From IMG/VR virus record IMGVR_UViG_3300025644_000010: a stretch of DNA of 34,634 bases. One strand, 5' to 3'. Source of the stretch: a virus. Under the pieces are notes generated by a model. The model saw only the letters and a list, made by a program, of their open reading frames with translations, did no database searches and was not told the DNA's origin. A program made the translations under genes and the position numbers. Below, one piece after another: positions 16,396 through 25,827 of the stretch (positions are counted from its first letter, which is position 1; each line of letters begins with the position of its first letter).

Positions 16396-17730
16396 CTAAA
16401 GATATTCATCAATAATTTTACATGAGAATTCATCTGAAATTACTTTACGCTTCATTCTTATTTCTGGAACAGTAAAACCAGGTACAGAAAGATCGGCAAG
16501 ATCTATTACAACTGGATTTAATTTGTTTAAATCTCTACGTAAAATTCGACCTACAACTTGTATCAATGACTTTTTTCCAGCTAAAGGACAAGCTAAAATT
16601 AAACAGCTTAATTCTTTGTAATCAAAGCCCTTCCCAGCATAAGAATATGTCGCCACAAGCACTTTTTCTTTGTAAGTAATTTCACGTTGATCTCCATAGA
16701 ACATTGTATTTTCTATTCCACGCTCAGTTAACAATTCAGATATTGTAGTTACTTGAATTTTTGTGAAACACAAGATCATAATTCTATGACCTTCAGTTAC
16801 CATCTTACGTGCTTGATTAACAATTATATTTAGATAATTAGGGCTACTAACAATAACTTTATTATAGAACGATTTCTTTCTAAGATAATCATTCATTTGA
16901 TTCATTACATATATTTTCTTATTATCTAATTCACTCTTGTAATTGATCAAGCGGTATTCAGGTTTAGTATCATAATTTTTTGAATCTGAAATTATTTCAC
17001 CAACTGAATTTTTCATCAGTATTTCTGCAAATCCAGTTTGAAATGGTGTAGCTGATAGTCCAACTATATTTTTTGTTCTAAACAATAACGACACCTTTGA
17101 GAAAACCGGAGCTGAACTAGTAGCATGAACTTCATCATAAATTACTAGACCTATTTTAGCTTTATCAATTATTTTAAAATTTTCTTGTATATTTGATTTC
17201 ACTTTTCGAAGTAAAGTCTGAGCCATACCAATAATAATATCTTTGTCTACTCCAAAAGCTTTCTTTTGAATTATACCAATATCTTTAGTACTAAAATTTG
17301 TGAAGTCGAGTATGGCTTGGATCCATTGTTTCATAAGATTTTGATTATCTACAATAATCAATGTTTTAATTTTAAGTTGGGCTGCTAAATATATAGCCAT
17401 AACTGTTTTGCCAATTCCAGGTCTTGCTTTGACAATTCCATTCAGACAATCATTAGCGTTATATGATTTAGCTAAAATATTTATTATACTTACTTGTTCA
17501 TCTCTCAATTTACCTGTGAATTCAATATTTTTAATCTCTGCTGGTTGAAATTGATCTTGATTACCACTAAATATTTGTAAATGCTTATTAGGATAATTTT
17601 TTGCAAAAAGTCTTGGTAAGAAATAAGCATCATCAGTCTCTAGTAATATAAGTTCTTCTGCAAAGTCTCCTAACATCTGGTATTGATTTATAAAATCATC
17701 ATAAGATTCTTTCTTAATAAATGTCCACAC
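16396..17730 (-). CDS. Superfamily 2 helicase (UvsW/ResIII-like)
   Basis: RPGIGKT, YDEVH, SATP, ATYSYAGKGFD and QVVGRILR; GTG start is uncertain. Confidence 0.85.
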   Translation of the reverse strand: MWTFIKKESYDDFINQYQMLGDFAEELILLETDDAYFLPRLFAKNYPNKHLQIFSGNQDQFQPAEIKNIEFTGKLRDEQVSIINILAKSYNANDCLNGIVKARPGIGKTVMAIYLAAQLKIKTLIIVDNQNLMKQWIQAILDFTNFSTKDIGIIQKKAFGVDKDIIIGMAQTLLRKVKSNIQENFKIIDKAKIGLVIYDEVHATSSAPVFSKVSLLFRTKNIVGLSATPFQTGFAEILMKNSVGEIISDSKNYDTKPEYRLINYKSELDNKKIYVMNQMNDYLRKKSFYNKVIVSSPNYLNIIVNQARKMVTEGHRIMILCFTKIQVTTISELLTERGIENTMFYGDQREITYKEKVLVATYSYAGKGFDYKELSCLILACPLAGKKSLIQVVGRILRRDLNKLNPVVIDLADLSVPGFTVPEIRMKRKVISDEFSCKIIDEYL

Positions 17731-17732
17731 AG

Positions 17733-19295
17733 CTAAATACTCACTAGTTGTTTTAGAAGTTGATTACACTTCTTGGACACATTTATCTTCTCCCAATCAG
17801 TTAACTGACACGAGTCGGATATATTATCTGTTATCATATTACATTCACTCCAGTCTTCATTCTTAATCAAAACCGGAAACATATACGGTTTAATTAAATA
17901 TTTTTTATTACCGGCAAGATCTGTGTAGATCATTAATAATTGATTGTTTTCAAGTTTCTTTATATCTAATAGTAATAAGTCTTTATCATCTTTAACCGTC
18001 ATACTTTTATCTATGATGGTTGATGATTTCTTACCGTCTGGTTTGGTATACTTATTAGCATTAGCATTACTAACATCTGGATTAGGATTAATATACTTTA
18101 TAATATTTTTCACACTCTTTTCATAAATCGCTTTATTCTTACTATTGTGTGAAATTGAACTAGGGCTTATTAATGGTATCACTGTGACATTATTCTCTAG
18201 AGAAAATACTTTTCCAGAAGCGGCAGTAATTTTATTTTTAATACCAAATGTTGATTTAACCTCATCACCAATTGGTACATATAGCTTTGTTGGAAAGGTT
18301 GAAAAGATTTTAGAAGTTATATTTAGACACTTGGTAATAATATCACCAGTGATTTCATTCTTATTTGAAGATTCACAAGGAATAATATTGAAGAGTGTCC
18401 ATGTTATACTTCTAGGTAACTGGTTAATTATATTTCGAACACTTAAATCTCCAATAAATGGTAATCCCTTTTCAATATCTGCTTTTCCAGGATTCAAACC
18501 AACGAAACATACATCGACTTCACCTGGTTCTTTTAGATTACTATCTAATATAACTGTTGGTTTTGCATATAAAGAACATGTTTTACATAAATCACTACTT
18601 GCTTTTGCTTCTTTGATGTTACTAATAAAACTATTTATTTCTGGACCAAATTCTTTTTTGTCTGACGTTCCTAATGTTTTTAACTGGTTTTCATCCAGCT
18701 CTTGCGGTGGTTTTACAACATCGTTATAGTTAATAAAGTCAAAGGATTTAATAGATGGTTTGTCTCCATTAAGCAACCTATCTATTTCTAAAAGATCTTC
18801 GTCCTTAATAACACCCATTTTAAATAATTTATAGTATATATTCAGGTCAAGCCTATTACATTCAATGTTGTGGACAGTTAAGAGGTAATCATGTATGAGT
18901 TTCTTTATGGTGAACTTAATGTCGTCTTTTAATGTAGCTGATTTAATATACATGTACATCTTACTATTACAACGGTTATTGATCTCCATTATATACACTA
19001 AAGATTTAATTAAAAGTCTGGTATCGTAACTATCAAATTTATAGAGATCATTCATATATGTATTAAAATACTTTATTATATAGGGAAATCCATAATTGTA
19101 ACTTAATATTCTTTTAGCAACAGTATTTTTAATATCATATTTTTCAATTAACCCAACCAATTGTTCTTCATTACGATTAGAGTTATTGATCCATTTAGTG
19201 ATTGACTTGAGTGATTCTAAGAAATTTATATTTTTCTTCTTTTTCTTCTTAACATTCTGAGTTTTCTTTCTAGATTTAGCTTTAGCCATAATCAA
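17733..19295 (-). CDS. Multidomain protein with a family-4 UDG-like [4Fe-4S] domain (SPO1 polymerase-associated type)
   Basis: CKTC...VGLNPG...GLPFIG...NIIPC-x16-C...PLISPS; long N- and C-terminal extensions. Confidence 0.65.
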   Translation of the reverse strand: MIMAKAKSRKKTQNVKKKKKKNINFLESLKSITKWINNSNRNEEQLVGLIEKYDIKNTVAKRILSYNYGFPYIIKYFNTYMNDLYKFDSYDTRLLIKSLVYIMEINNRCNSKMYMYIKSATLKDDIKFTIKKLIHDYLLTVHNIECNRLDLNIYYKLFKMGVIKDEDLLEIDRLLNGDKPSIKSFDFINYNDVVKPPQELDENQLKTLGTSDKKEFGPEINSFISNIKEAKASSDLCKTCSLYAKPTVILDSNLKEPGEVDVCFVGLNPGKADIEKGLPFIGDLSVRNIINQLPRSITWTLFNIIPCESSNKNEITGDIITKCLNITSKIFSTFPTKLYVPIGDEVKSTFGIKNKITAASGKVFSLENNVTVIPLISPSSISHNSKNKAIYEKSVKNIIKYINPNPDVSNANANKYTKPDGKKSSTIIDKSMTVKDDKDLLLLDIKKLENNQLLMIYTDLAGNKKYLIKPYMFPVLIKNEDWSECNMITDNISDSCQLTDWEKINVSKKCNQLLKQLVSI

Positions 19296-19850
19296 TTACT
19301 CTTCAAATATTTTTTTATTAATAACGGCAAGATTCTCTTGATCATATAATAAAGCTCTTAATTGCTTTATTTGTGGAACACTAGCAAATACTTTATTTAT
19401 CACACTTATAGATTTTTCTTTATCAAAAGATTCAATTTTAAGATCTTCATAACTATCAAAATCAATTGGGTAATAGCTTTTAATTAAACTACTACTATAA
19501 ATTTTCTCAAAACTATCTCTAGAGACATGACCAATAAAATGTATAAAATCAGATTCATCTTTTTCGTCACATATCTTCTTTAAAAGAATACAATCATTTA
19601 GATTTTTGAGTGTTAGATCTTCTTCTATAATATTAACATTTTGTTTACTCTTATGATTACTTTCAGCTTCTTGTAAGTCTAATTCAAGTTTCTCTACAAA
19701 ACATTTTATACAAGTAATCTCATCTTCAACACCATTATATATTATATTTCCATCACCATCATATATGTCACCGTTAACATTTATCACATCTGAAGGTTTT
19801 TTGTAATTAGATCCACATGAATCACATTGATAGACGGTTACTTTTCCCAT
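19296..19850 (-). CDS. Hypothetical protein with N-terminal zinc finger
   Basis: CDSC...CIKC; AGGAG RBS. Confidence 0.6.
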   Translation of the reverse strand: MGKVTVYQCDSCGSNYKKPSDVINVNGDIYDGDGNIIYNGVEDEITCIKCFVEKLELDLQEAESNHKSKQNVNIIEEDLTLKNLNDCILLKKICDEKDESDFIHFIGHVSRDSFEKIYSSSLIKSYYPIDFDSYEDLKIESFDKEKSISVINKVFASVPQIKQLRALLYDQENLAVINKKIFEE

Positions 19851-19875
19851 GCGAACTCTCCTAATTTTAAAAATA

Positions 19876-19903
19876 TTTGACGACCCTTTTACAGGTCGCC
19901 AAA
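19876..19903 (-). terminator. Hairpin or terminator after ssb
   Basis: Minus-strand 10-bp stem tttggcgacc/ggtcgtcaaa with one G-U pair, followed by tattttt. Confidence 0.6.
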
Positions 19904-19909
19904 ATAATA

Positions 19910-20215
19910 CTATTTTTGAACTAACGTAGCTACAATCTCTGTGACTATGCTAGAATCTGTTCTTCGTGTTTGATTTTTACCTTCAATATATACTTTGTCA
20001 CCTTTTTTGAAATTTTTACACAATTCGGCTTGTCTTCCCCAAGCTACTATTTTATGTCTCTCATATTTTTCAACTTTTACCTTCTCTATATTTGTATAAC
20101 TTTCATCAGTGACAACTAGTAAGTTAGCTACTGTTTTTCCATTATTTGTCTCACCTATATTTGGGTCTTTATCTAACTTACCCACTATAATTACTTTGTT
20201 TATGTTAAGATTCAC
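19910..20215 (-). CDS. ssb: Single-stranded DNA-binding protein, OB fold only
   Basis: NKVIIVGKL..DP, HKIVAWGRQAE and KGDKVYIEGK; GTG start with AGGAG; no acidic C-terminal tail. Confidence 0.85.
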   Translation of the reverse strand: MNLNINKVIIVGKLDKDPNIGETNNGKTVANLLVVTDESYTNIEKVKVEKYERHKIVAWGRQAELCKNFKKGDKVYIEGKNQTRRTDSSIVTEIVATLVQK

Positions 20216-20253
20216 CGGAGGTTCTCCTTTGCACTCTAAATGAGAAGAATATT

Positions 20254-20285
20254 AAATTGAGTGACCACAATTGGCCACCCAATTT
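20254..20285 (-). terminator. Intrinsic terminator-like hairpin
   Basis: 14-bp stem aaattgggtggcca/tggtcactcaattt with two G-U pairs that work only on the minus strand. Confidence 0.7.
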
Positions 20286-20298
20286 GTTACCGGTGTGT

Positions 20299-20841
20299 TT
20301 AACTACCAAGACCATTCAGGATATTACCAACGATATCATTGATTGACGCCTTCACAACTGATGCTCGTCCAGCACCGCCACCGGGACGAGTATCTTCGGG
20401 ACGAGATAGATGTTCAGTGATATAAGCATCAACAGTTGCTAAACTAGCAGCATCATCACCACATGCTTCTCTCAACTGTTTTTTTGTTTCCATCAGTACA
20501 CGATTCACCTGATGTTTTGTAATACCACGAGCTTCGGCAATTTCCGTATATGACATATTCTTGACATTTGCCACAACAAATTCCGTATCTTCCGGAGTCA
20601 TCTGACGGTTTGGTTTCTTTCGTGCTTTCTTCACTTCAACCGGAGCAGCAGGTACAGCATCAACTACGGGAGCTGCAACAGGAGCGGCCACTGGGGCTGC
20701 AACGGGAGCTGCTTCAACTGCGGGAGCGGCTGGGGCTGCAACGGGAGCTGCAACAGGAGCTGCTTCTGCGGGGGCTGCGGGGGCTGCTTCGACTACGGGC
20801 TTAATTTTGGGCATAAATGAGGGTCTGGTTGCCATTGCCAT
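20299..20841 (-). CDS. Ala/Pro-rich linker plus HTH protein, probably highly expressed
   Basis: AAPV/AAPA repeats over residues ~19-68; MSYTEIAEARGITKHQVNRVL is HTH-like; GC-rich codons; AAGGAG RBS; own terminator. Confidence 0.7.
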   Translation of the reverse strand: MAMATRPSFMPKIKPVVEAAPAAPAEAAPVAAPVAAPAAPAVEAAPVAAPVAAPVAAPVVDAVPAAPVEVKKARKKPNRQMTPEDTEFVVANVKNMSYTEIAEARGITKHQVNRVLMETKKQLREACGDDAASLATVDAYITEHLSRPEDTRPGGGAGRASVVKASINDIVGNILNGLGS

Positions 20842-20867
20842 AATTTAAATCTCCTTTAAAAATCTCT

Positions 20868-22616
20868 TTACATTAAATTTTTTAGACTTAGGTCTGTTAA
20901 CATTAATTGCTTTCTTGTTTCGGTACTATTAACGACAGTATTAACAATATCCATCGTATCTGGGTACTTGATTACATATTCTCTACCTTTTCTTATGACA
21001 ATCTCTAGTTGGTCTGGATTCATTTCTCCAAGACCTTTAAACCTTTTGATTTCATAATTCTGGGCCCGATACTTTTCGGTTTCCTCTATCTCATATAATG
21101 GTACAAAAGTTTTTCCTTTAACCGCACCGTATAGTGGCGGTAGGAGTATACTTACACGATCTTCTTTTATCATATCACTAGCAAACTTACTCATAAAGAG
21201 GGTTGCTAATAGATTAATATGAAGACCGTCCGAGTCTGCGTCACTCAGTAGCTTTACTTTCTTATACCTGCGCCTCCCTTCTGGGCCTAATGCCTCCAAT
21301 AATTGTTTAATCTCTTGATTTTGACCAATTTTGATTGCTGAACCTTTTTCCACATTCATCATCTTTCCTTTAAGTGGAAAAGAAGCTTCTGTGGATTTGT
21401 TCCGAATAACCTTAAGAGTACCATCAGCAGAATCACCTTCGACGATATATAATATGTCTCCTGGTGATTTACTACAATCTCTTAATTTATTCTTGTTTGA
21501 TATTCTCTTACTACTAGCTCTAGATATAATTTTTTTGGTTATTTTAGTTTCTAATAAATCTGTAAGAGTATTCATAATATCAGAGCTGGTAAGAATTTTA
21601 GTTAATCTTTTTTCAATAGTTTTAAGATATGGTTTAATATTTGTTTTCATTCGTGATTTAACTTGAGCATCAAATTTTGGTTTCTCTAAAGTAAGATTAA
21701 TATAACATCGAAGACCAGTTAGAAATTCTTTATTATTAAGACTTCTAAATCTGCGATCGATATTATTCGCAATGATATCTTTAATCATTGTACTAGTGTT
21801 TGTAATATATGTACCATCACTAGTGCGTAGATTAACATCACCTACAATTATACTATCTTTGGCATTGATATACGTTAAGTATATTCTTAATTTTTCAACA
21901 CCAAATACTTCTTCGATTGAATACATTTGAGTGTCATCATTTATAGACAATACATTTCGAACATATTCATATAAAGTGATCTTTGGAATCTCTGTTTCAT
22001 TTACAAAGAATTGTGCATGATCATGTACTGATTGAGATAAAAGTAATCGACTAACGACTTGTTCTACATCAAATGTAACACTGTCGAAATACTTTAGATC
22101 CGGTTTAAATCCAACTTGAGTTGAAAACGTTTCACCAGCATAATCAGTTATATTGTGTTCTGATGGGACTGAATCAATGAAGATATATTCATGTATTTTA
22201 TTATCTTTCTTAATTCGAACAACTAACCATTCAGAAAATGCATTAACGGCTACTAAGCCGACACCATGCATACCAATCTGAATTTTATAATCTACTATAT
22301 TTTTTTGTCGAAATTTAGATCCAGAGAATAGTTTGGTACACAATAATTCAATACTATCTTTCATCTCTTTTGTATCTGGATCTTGTGTGATACCAATTTT
22401 TAATCCTCTACCATTATCAGTAACCCAGAACTCATTTGATTCGTCAATAAAAACTTCACCGATTGTAGCAAATTTATTAACAACTTCATCTAGCATATTA
22501 TCAATTACTTCAACAGCTAAATGATCAGGAGTTTCTGTATCACCAATAAACATTCCTGGGTTTGTTCGAACCGCAGTAATGCTATCGAGGGCAACATAAT
22601 CTTGTTGTTTTACCAT
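20868..22616 (-). CDS. gyrB: Type IIA topoisomerase B subunit (GyrB/ParE-like)
   Basis: EVIDNMLDE, DNGRG, GMHGVG, VEGDSA, PLKGK, DADSDG and RFKGLGEM; start refined to MVKQQ after GGAG. Confidence 0.92.
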   Translation of the reverse strand: MVKQQDYVALDSITAVRTNPGMFIGDTETPDHLAVEVIDNMLDEVVNKFATIGEVFIDESNEFWVTDNGRGLKIGITQDPDTKEMKDSIELLCTKLFSGSKFRQKNIVDYKIQIGMHGVGLVAVNAFSEWLVVRIKKDNKIHEYIFIDSVPSEHNITDYAGETFSTQVGFKPDLKYFDSVTFDVEQVVSRLLLSQSVHDHAQFFVNETEIPKITLYEYVRNVLSINDDTQMYSIEEVFGVEKLRIYLTYINAKDSIIVGDVNLRTSDGTYITNTSTMIKDIIANNIDRRFRSLNNKEFLTGLRCYINLTLEKPKFDAQVKSRMKTNIKPYLKTIEKRLTKILTSSDIMNTLTDLLETKITKKIISRASSKRISNKNKLRDCSKSPGDILYIVEGDSADGTLKVIRNKSTEASFPLKGKMMNVEKGSAIKIGQNQEIKQLLEALGPEGRRRYKKVKLLSDADSDGLHINLLATLFMSKFASDMIKEDRVSILLPPLYGAVKGKTFVPLYEIEETEKYRAQNYEIKRFKGLGEMNPDQLEIVIRKGREYVIKYPDTMDIVNTVVNSTETRKQLMLTDLSLKNLM

Positions 22617-22698
22617 TTTTACTCCTACACATATACTAAAAACATAATAAGAACAAAAATTACCCACAAAAAGTTAAAGTTACTATTGTAACTATACA

Positions 22699-22757
22699 TA
22701 TTATTTCTATATTAAAATCGAGAATATAAAATTTTAGTGCAAACTCTTTGCGAAAAT
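22699..22757 (-). promoter_or_regulatory. Conserved promoter-like cassette, copy 3 (weak hairpin)
   Basis: TATTCT-N8-ATATAGAAATAATA; upstream stem is only gcaaa/tttgc plus an AT base. Confidence 0.7.
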
Positions 22758-22778
22758 AATTGGAAGACGTGTTAATTC

Positions 22779-23024
22779 TTACGAAAATTCGTAATTAGAA
22801 CTAAATTCTTCTTCCGATGCTGGAATAGCATTTTGACAGGCTCTTCCAAGTTTCCCACATTCTTTGAATTTCTGACAGATTACACATGAGTATGATGGAT
22901 TCATTCTTTCTAGATCTTTTTCTTGAAGTCCACGATATTTTTGTGAAAGCTTTTTGAATTGATTGTTAAAATCTTCTTCAAATGTTCCCATAATTTTCCT
23001 TTTGTTTTTTAAGTGAATTTTCAA
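22779..23024 (-). CDS. Small Cys-containing hypothetical protein
   Basis: CVIC...C...C; true start is probably MGTFEE. Confidence 0.45.
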   Translation of the reverse strand: MKIHLKNKRKIMGTFEEDFNNQFKKLSQKYRGLQEKDLERMNPSYSCVICQKFKECGKLGRACQNAIPASEEEFSSNYEFS

Positions 23025-23202
23025 CTTGTTGCATAGCCCAATCTAATTTATCTTCAGGTATCATATCTATTACATCGTTTATATCAGCATCTAAATTTTC
23101 ATGCGAATACATACGTTTAAACATTAATATCCAATTTTCTGGTAATTGTACTAATGAATCTTTTAGATAGCTTTTTGCAAAATCTTGAATTTGATTGTTC
23201 AT
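22978..23202 (-). CDS. Conserved phage hypothetical protein
   Basis: AGGAG RBS; MFKRMYSH...KLDWAMQQV pattern recalled from phage proteins. Confidence 0.6.
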   Translation of the reverse strand: MNNQIQDFAKSYLKDSLVQLPENWILMFKRMYSHENLDADINDVIDMIPEDKLDWAMQQVENSLKKQKENYGNI

Positions 23203-23212
23203 TTTTACTCCT

Positions 23213-24124
23213 TCACATGATATTACTAAGATTTCTTTGGTAAAATAACCATACTGGAAAAATGAAATTATAAAGATATACTTTCGGATCTATTTGACTG
23301 TTCTTCCAATGATACTTTTCATACTTTCCGGTTGTATTTAAGACTCTTTTATTATCACTACAATAATAGTAATCTTCTAAAAGAGTCGTAAGATTATTTT
23401 TACGAATAAATTTGAAGCTTACTGAGTTGTATATTTTATTAATATTAGATATGTCTACTACGACACCTTTAAATAAGTCTTCATAAAATTCATATATTTT
23501 AGGTGGAACATGTTTGTAGATACCTTTAACTTTTAATTTCTGATCTTTTTCACTCCAATACCAACTAGTATGATTACATCTGATATAATAATTATATTGT
23601 TTAATATGGAATTTAAATCCGGCTCTTGTAATAAACTCCTGAAATGGTGTAGTGATTTCACAGTTTTCAATGTTATTATCCGTGGTGATGATTAGGCATC
23701 CATCTTTCTCAAATTCTAAGAGTGAAATGTCATTTGAGTCTTGTCTATCGAATATAAAACCAAGGATAACCATCTTACTAATTATGTTCAAAGTCTTTAG
23801 ATAATGAGTGGTCTTTAGGGTGTTTGCAATATATATGTTTTTTTCTCTTTTATCGGCAAGAGCTTCTATTTGTGTCACGAAATCTGGATTCTCTTCTGAG
23901 AATAGGAATCTACAAATTGTTGGAAAACAACCAGTAATATCAACATCTAATAATTTTTGATCTTGATCCTTTTGGTAGAAACTGATATATTGATTATTTT
24001 CGTCAGCAAGTAACCACCTCATAGGTTTATCAATTTTAAATATGTTTTTGTGTTCTGATGGAAATTGAGAGATCCGGCTGTATTGCCGGATCATCTCCTC
24101 AAAATTAGATTCGGCTGAGGCCAT
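23213..24124 (-). CDS. Divergent palm-only family B polymerase-like protein
   Basis: DVDITGCFPTI resembles motif A, FEKDGCLI resembles motif C, plus LKVKGI; no exonuclease domain. Confidence 0.5.
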   Translation of the reverse strand: MASAESNFEEMIRQYSRISQFPSEHKNIFKIDKPMRWLLADENNQYISFYQKDQDQKLLDVDITGCFPTICRFLFSEENPDFVTQIEALADKREKNIYIANTLKTTHYLKTLNIISKMVILGFIFDRQDSNDISLLEFEKDGCLIITTDNNIENCEITTPFQEFITRAGFKFHIKQYNYYIRCNHTSWYWSEKDQKLKVKGIYKHVPPKIYEFYEDLFKGVVVDISNINKIYNSVSFKFIRKNNLTTLLEDYYYCSDNKRVLNTTGKYEKYHWKNSQIDPKVYLYNFIFPVWLFYQRNLSNIM

Positions 24125-24133
24125 AAGTAATCT

Positions 24134-24325
24134 CTAAGTTAGTAACCCACAATGTTTACATATTCTCCCTTCTTCAAATGATTCACATTTTGAAGTGTCT
24201 TGGCCGTAAAAACTAATGAAATAATTACGATCACATTTAATACCACCTTTATAGTGAGTACATTTTACACAAATAAAAGGATCACCTGGAATATATTTTA
24301 CTGGTTCACATTTTTCATATATCAT
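24134..24325 (-). CDS. Cys-rich small protein
   Basis: CVKCTHY...C...C...CKHC. Confidence 0.55.
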   Translation of the reverse strand: MIYEKCEPVKYIPGDPFICVKCTHYKGGIKCDRNYFISFYGQDTSKCESFEEGRICKHCGLLT

Positions 24326-24513
24326 TCTTCTTCAATCCTATCTTGATTTATTAAACGCATCATAGCCTCTTCATCTTCGTCATCTGTACGTACAACTGTA
24401 AAAACTGGAATTCGATCCCAATTTTCACAAGCAACAGTAGTTTCGAATGTTGAAAGCAATTTGATTTGAGCTTTATCAGTTAAATCATCAAAATATATTT
24501 CGACAGTTTGCAT
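24322..24513 (-). CDS. Hypothetical protein
   Basis: Overlapping start and stop with neighbours. Confidence 0.55.
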   Translation of the reverse strand: MQTVEIYFDDLTDKAQIKLLSTFETTVACENWDRIPVFTVVRTDDEDEEAMMRLINQDRIEEE

Positions 24514-24848
24514 TATACTTCACCATTAAAATCGGCATAAAATACAATTGATCTTTTTAATGCTATATCAAAATTATAAGGATTACCAAAATACTCGATA
24601 TCATCAATATTTTCTCCAATGACAATCATTCCATATTCTTCTGGATCAAGATTTTTTACGAAACTACTAATAGCTTCTATATCTTCATCCATTTCACTCC
24701 AAGTACATGACTCATAAAAAACTGCTTTTATGAATCCATCTTTTGTAAGTTGTTTCCTATCTGGTTCTTCAAGTTTTTCAACAAGTTTAGTAAACTCTTT
24801 TGCATATTCTTCTTTTACAGCGATTGCTACATCAGATCTGTATCCCAT
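24513..24848 (-). CDS. Conserved phage hypothetical protein
   Basis: MGYRSDVAIA N-terminus and IGENxDD pattern recalled from phage proteins. Confidence 0.6.
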   Translation of the reverse strand: MGYRSDVAIAVKEEYAKEFTKLVEKLEEPDRKQLTKDGFIKAVFYESCTWSEMDEDIEAISSFVKNLDPEEYGMIVIGENIDDIEYFGNPYNFDIALKRSIVFYADFNGEV

Positions 24849-25069
24849 TATATATGCCTATTAAAATTTCGAGGGTGACTTTCTAAGTGTCTATCTTTCC
24901 ATTGTTCGTAAAGATAATCACCTCTTTCATCTTCATAATCTTTTTGTGCTTGTATTGCTTCTTCATCTGTTTCAAAACTACAAGGTCTTGGTCCTTGACT
25001 TTTCTTATGACCACATTCTCCAGACCACAGTTCACTTGGACAGCTGCCAGAATAACAAATTTTAATCAC
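24848..25069 (-). CDS. Hypothetical protein
   Basis: GTG start after AAGGAAGG; Cys cluster. Confidence 0.5.
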   Translation of the reverse strand: MIKICYSGSCPSELWSGECGHKKSQGPRPCSFETDEEAIQAQKDYEDERGDYLYEQWKDRHLESHPRNFNRHI

Positions 25070-25328
25070 CTTCCTTTCTGACGATTTTCATATTATTTTG
25101 TGCCGCTTCCAATAATATACTAGAAGAAGCATCTTCACCAATCCTATCAAATTCTTTGATTTTTCTAGTATCAAATTTATAAACATATGCATGTTCTTTA
25201 GCTTCTGGATGTTTTAATTTCTTTTCAAAGACTTCCATTAAAATAATCGATTGATAATTATTTATTGTGTAATAACAAATATGTTTTTCACTATCAATAT
25301 CTTCTGTTTCTTCATTAAAGATTATCAT
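25062..25328 (-). CDS. Hypothetical protein
   Basis: ORF with AAGGA RBS. Confidence 0.55.
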   Translation of the reverse strand: MIIFNEETEDIDSEKHICYYTINNYQSIILMEVFEKKLKHPEAKEHAYVYKFDTRKIKEFDRIGEDASSSILLEAAQNNMKIVRKEGD

Positions 25329-25339
25329 GTCATATTCCT

Positions 25340-25561
25340 TTATTCAACCCAGTCTTTAGGTAGAAAGGTTTCTTTACGCCAATATTTCAATTTTCTTGTT
25401 GGAAACAGATCATCAGCTTCTAGATTAATCATACCAGTTGAACTAATTATTATAAATGGTGTTTCATTCTTTTCAAAATAATCAGCAATCAAATAAATAT
25501 CAGATTCTTTAAATGACATTTCTACTATTTGAGACTTACTTATGAATTTTATAATGAGCAT
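25340..25561 (-). CDS. Hypothetical protein
   Basis: ORF in operon. Confidence 0.5.
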   Translation of the reverse strand: MLIIKFISKSQIVEMSFKESDIYLIADYFEKNETPFIIISSTGMINLEADDLFPTRKLKYWRKETFLPKDWVE

Positions 25562-25567
25562 AATTTA

Positions 25568-25822
25568 TTATCTCCAAAGCTTACAAGATGGTTCTTTACT
25601 AGCATAACCAATACCACTTATAAGAAATACTGATCCAGGATTAAAATGTATACATTCAATAGAACAATTTTTAAAATTATTTATAGCACACTTGGAAGCT
25701 AACATTTCATTTGTAAGTTGATCTAGTCTTTTTGTTAATTCAATCTTTTGATTTTCAAATTCTTTAGTTTCTTTTTCTCTAGATTTTTGTAATTGATTTT
25801 TAAACCATTTAAATGGATTCAT
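25568..25822 (-). CDS. Hypothetical protein (coiled coil plus Cys motif)
   Basis: ORF in operon. Confidence 0.5.
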   Translation of the reverse strand: MNPFKWFKNQLQKSREKETKEFENQKIELTKRLDQLTNEMLASKCAINNFKNCSIECIHFNPGSVFLISGIGYASKEPSCKLWR

Positions 25823-25827
25823 TCAAA

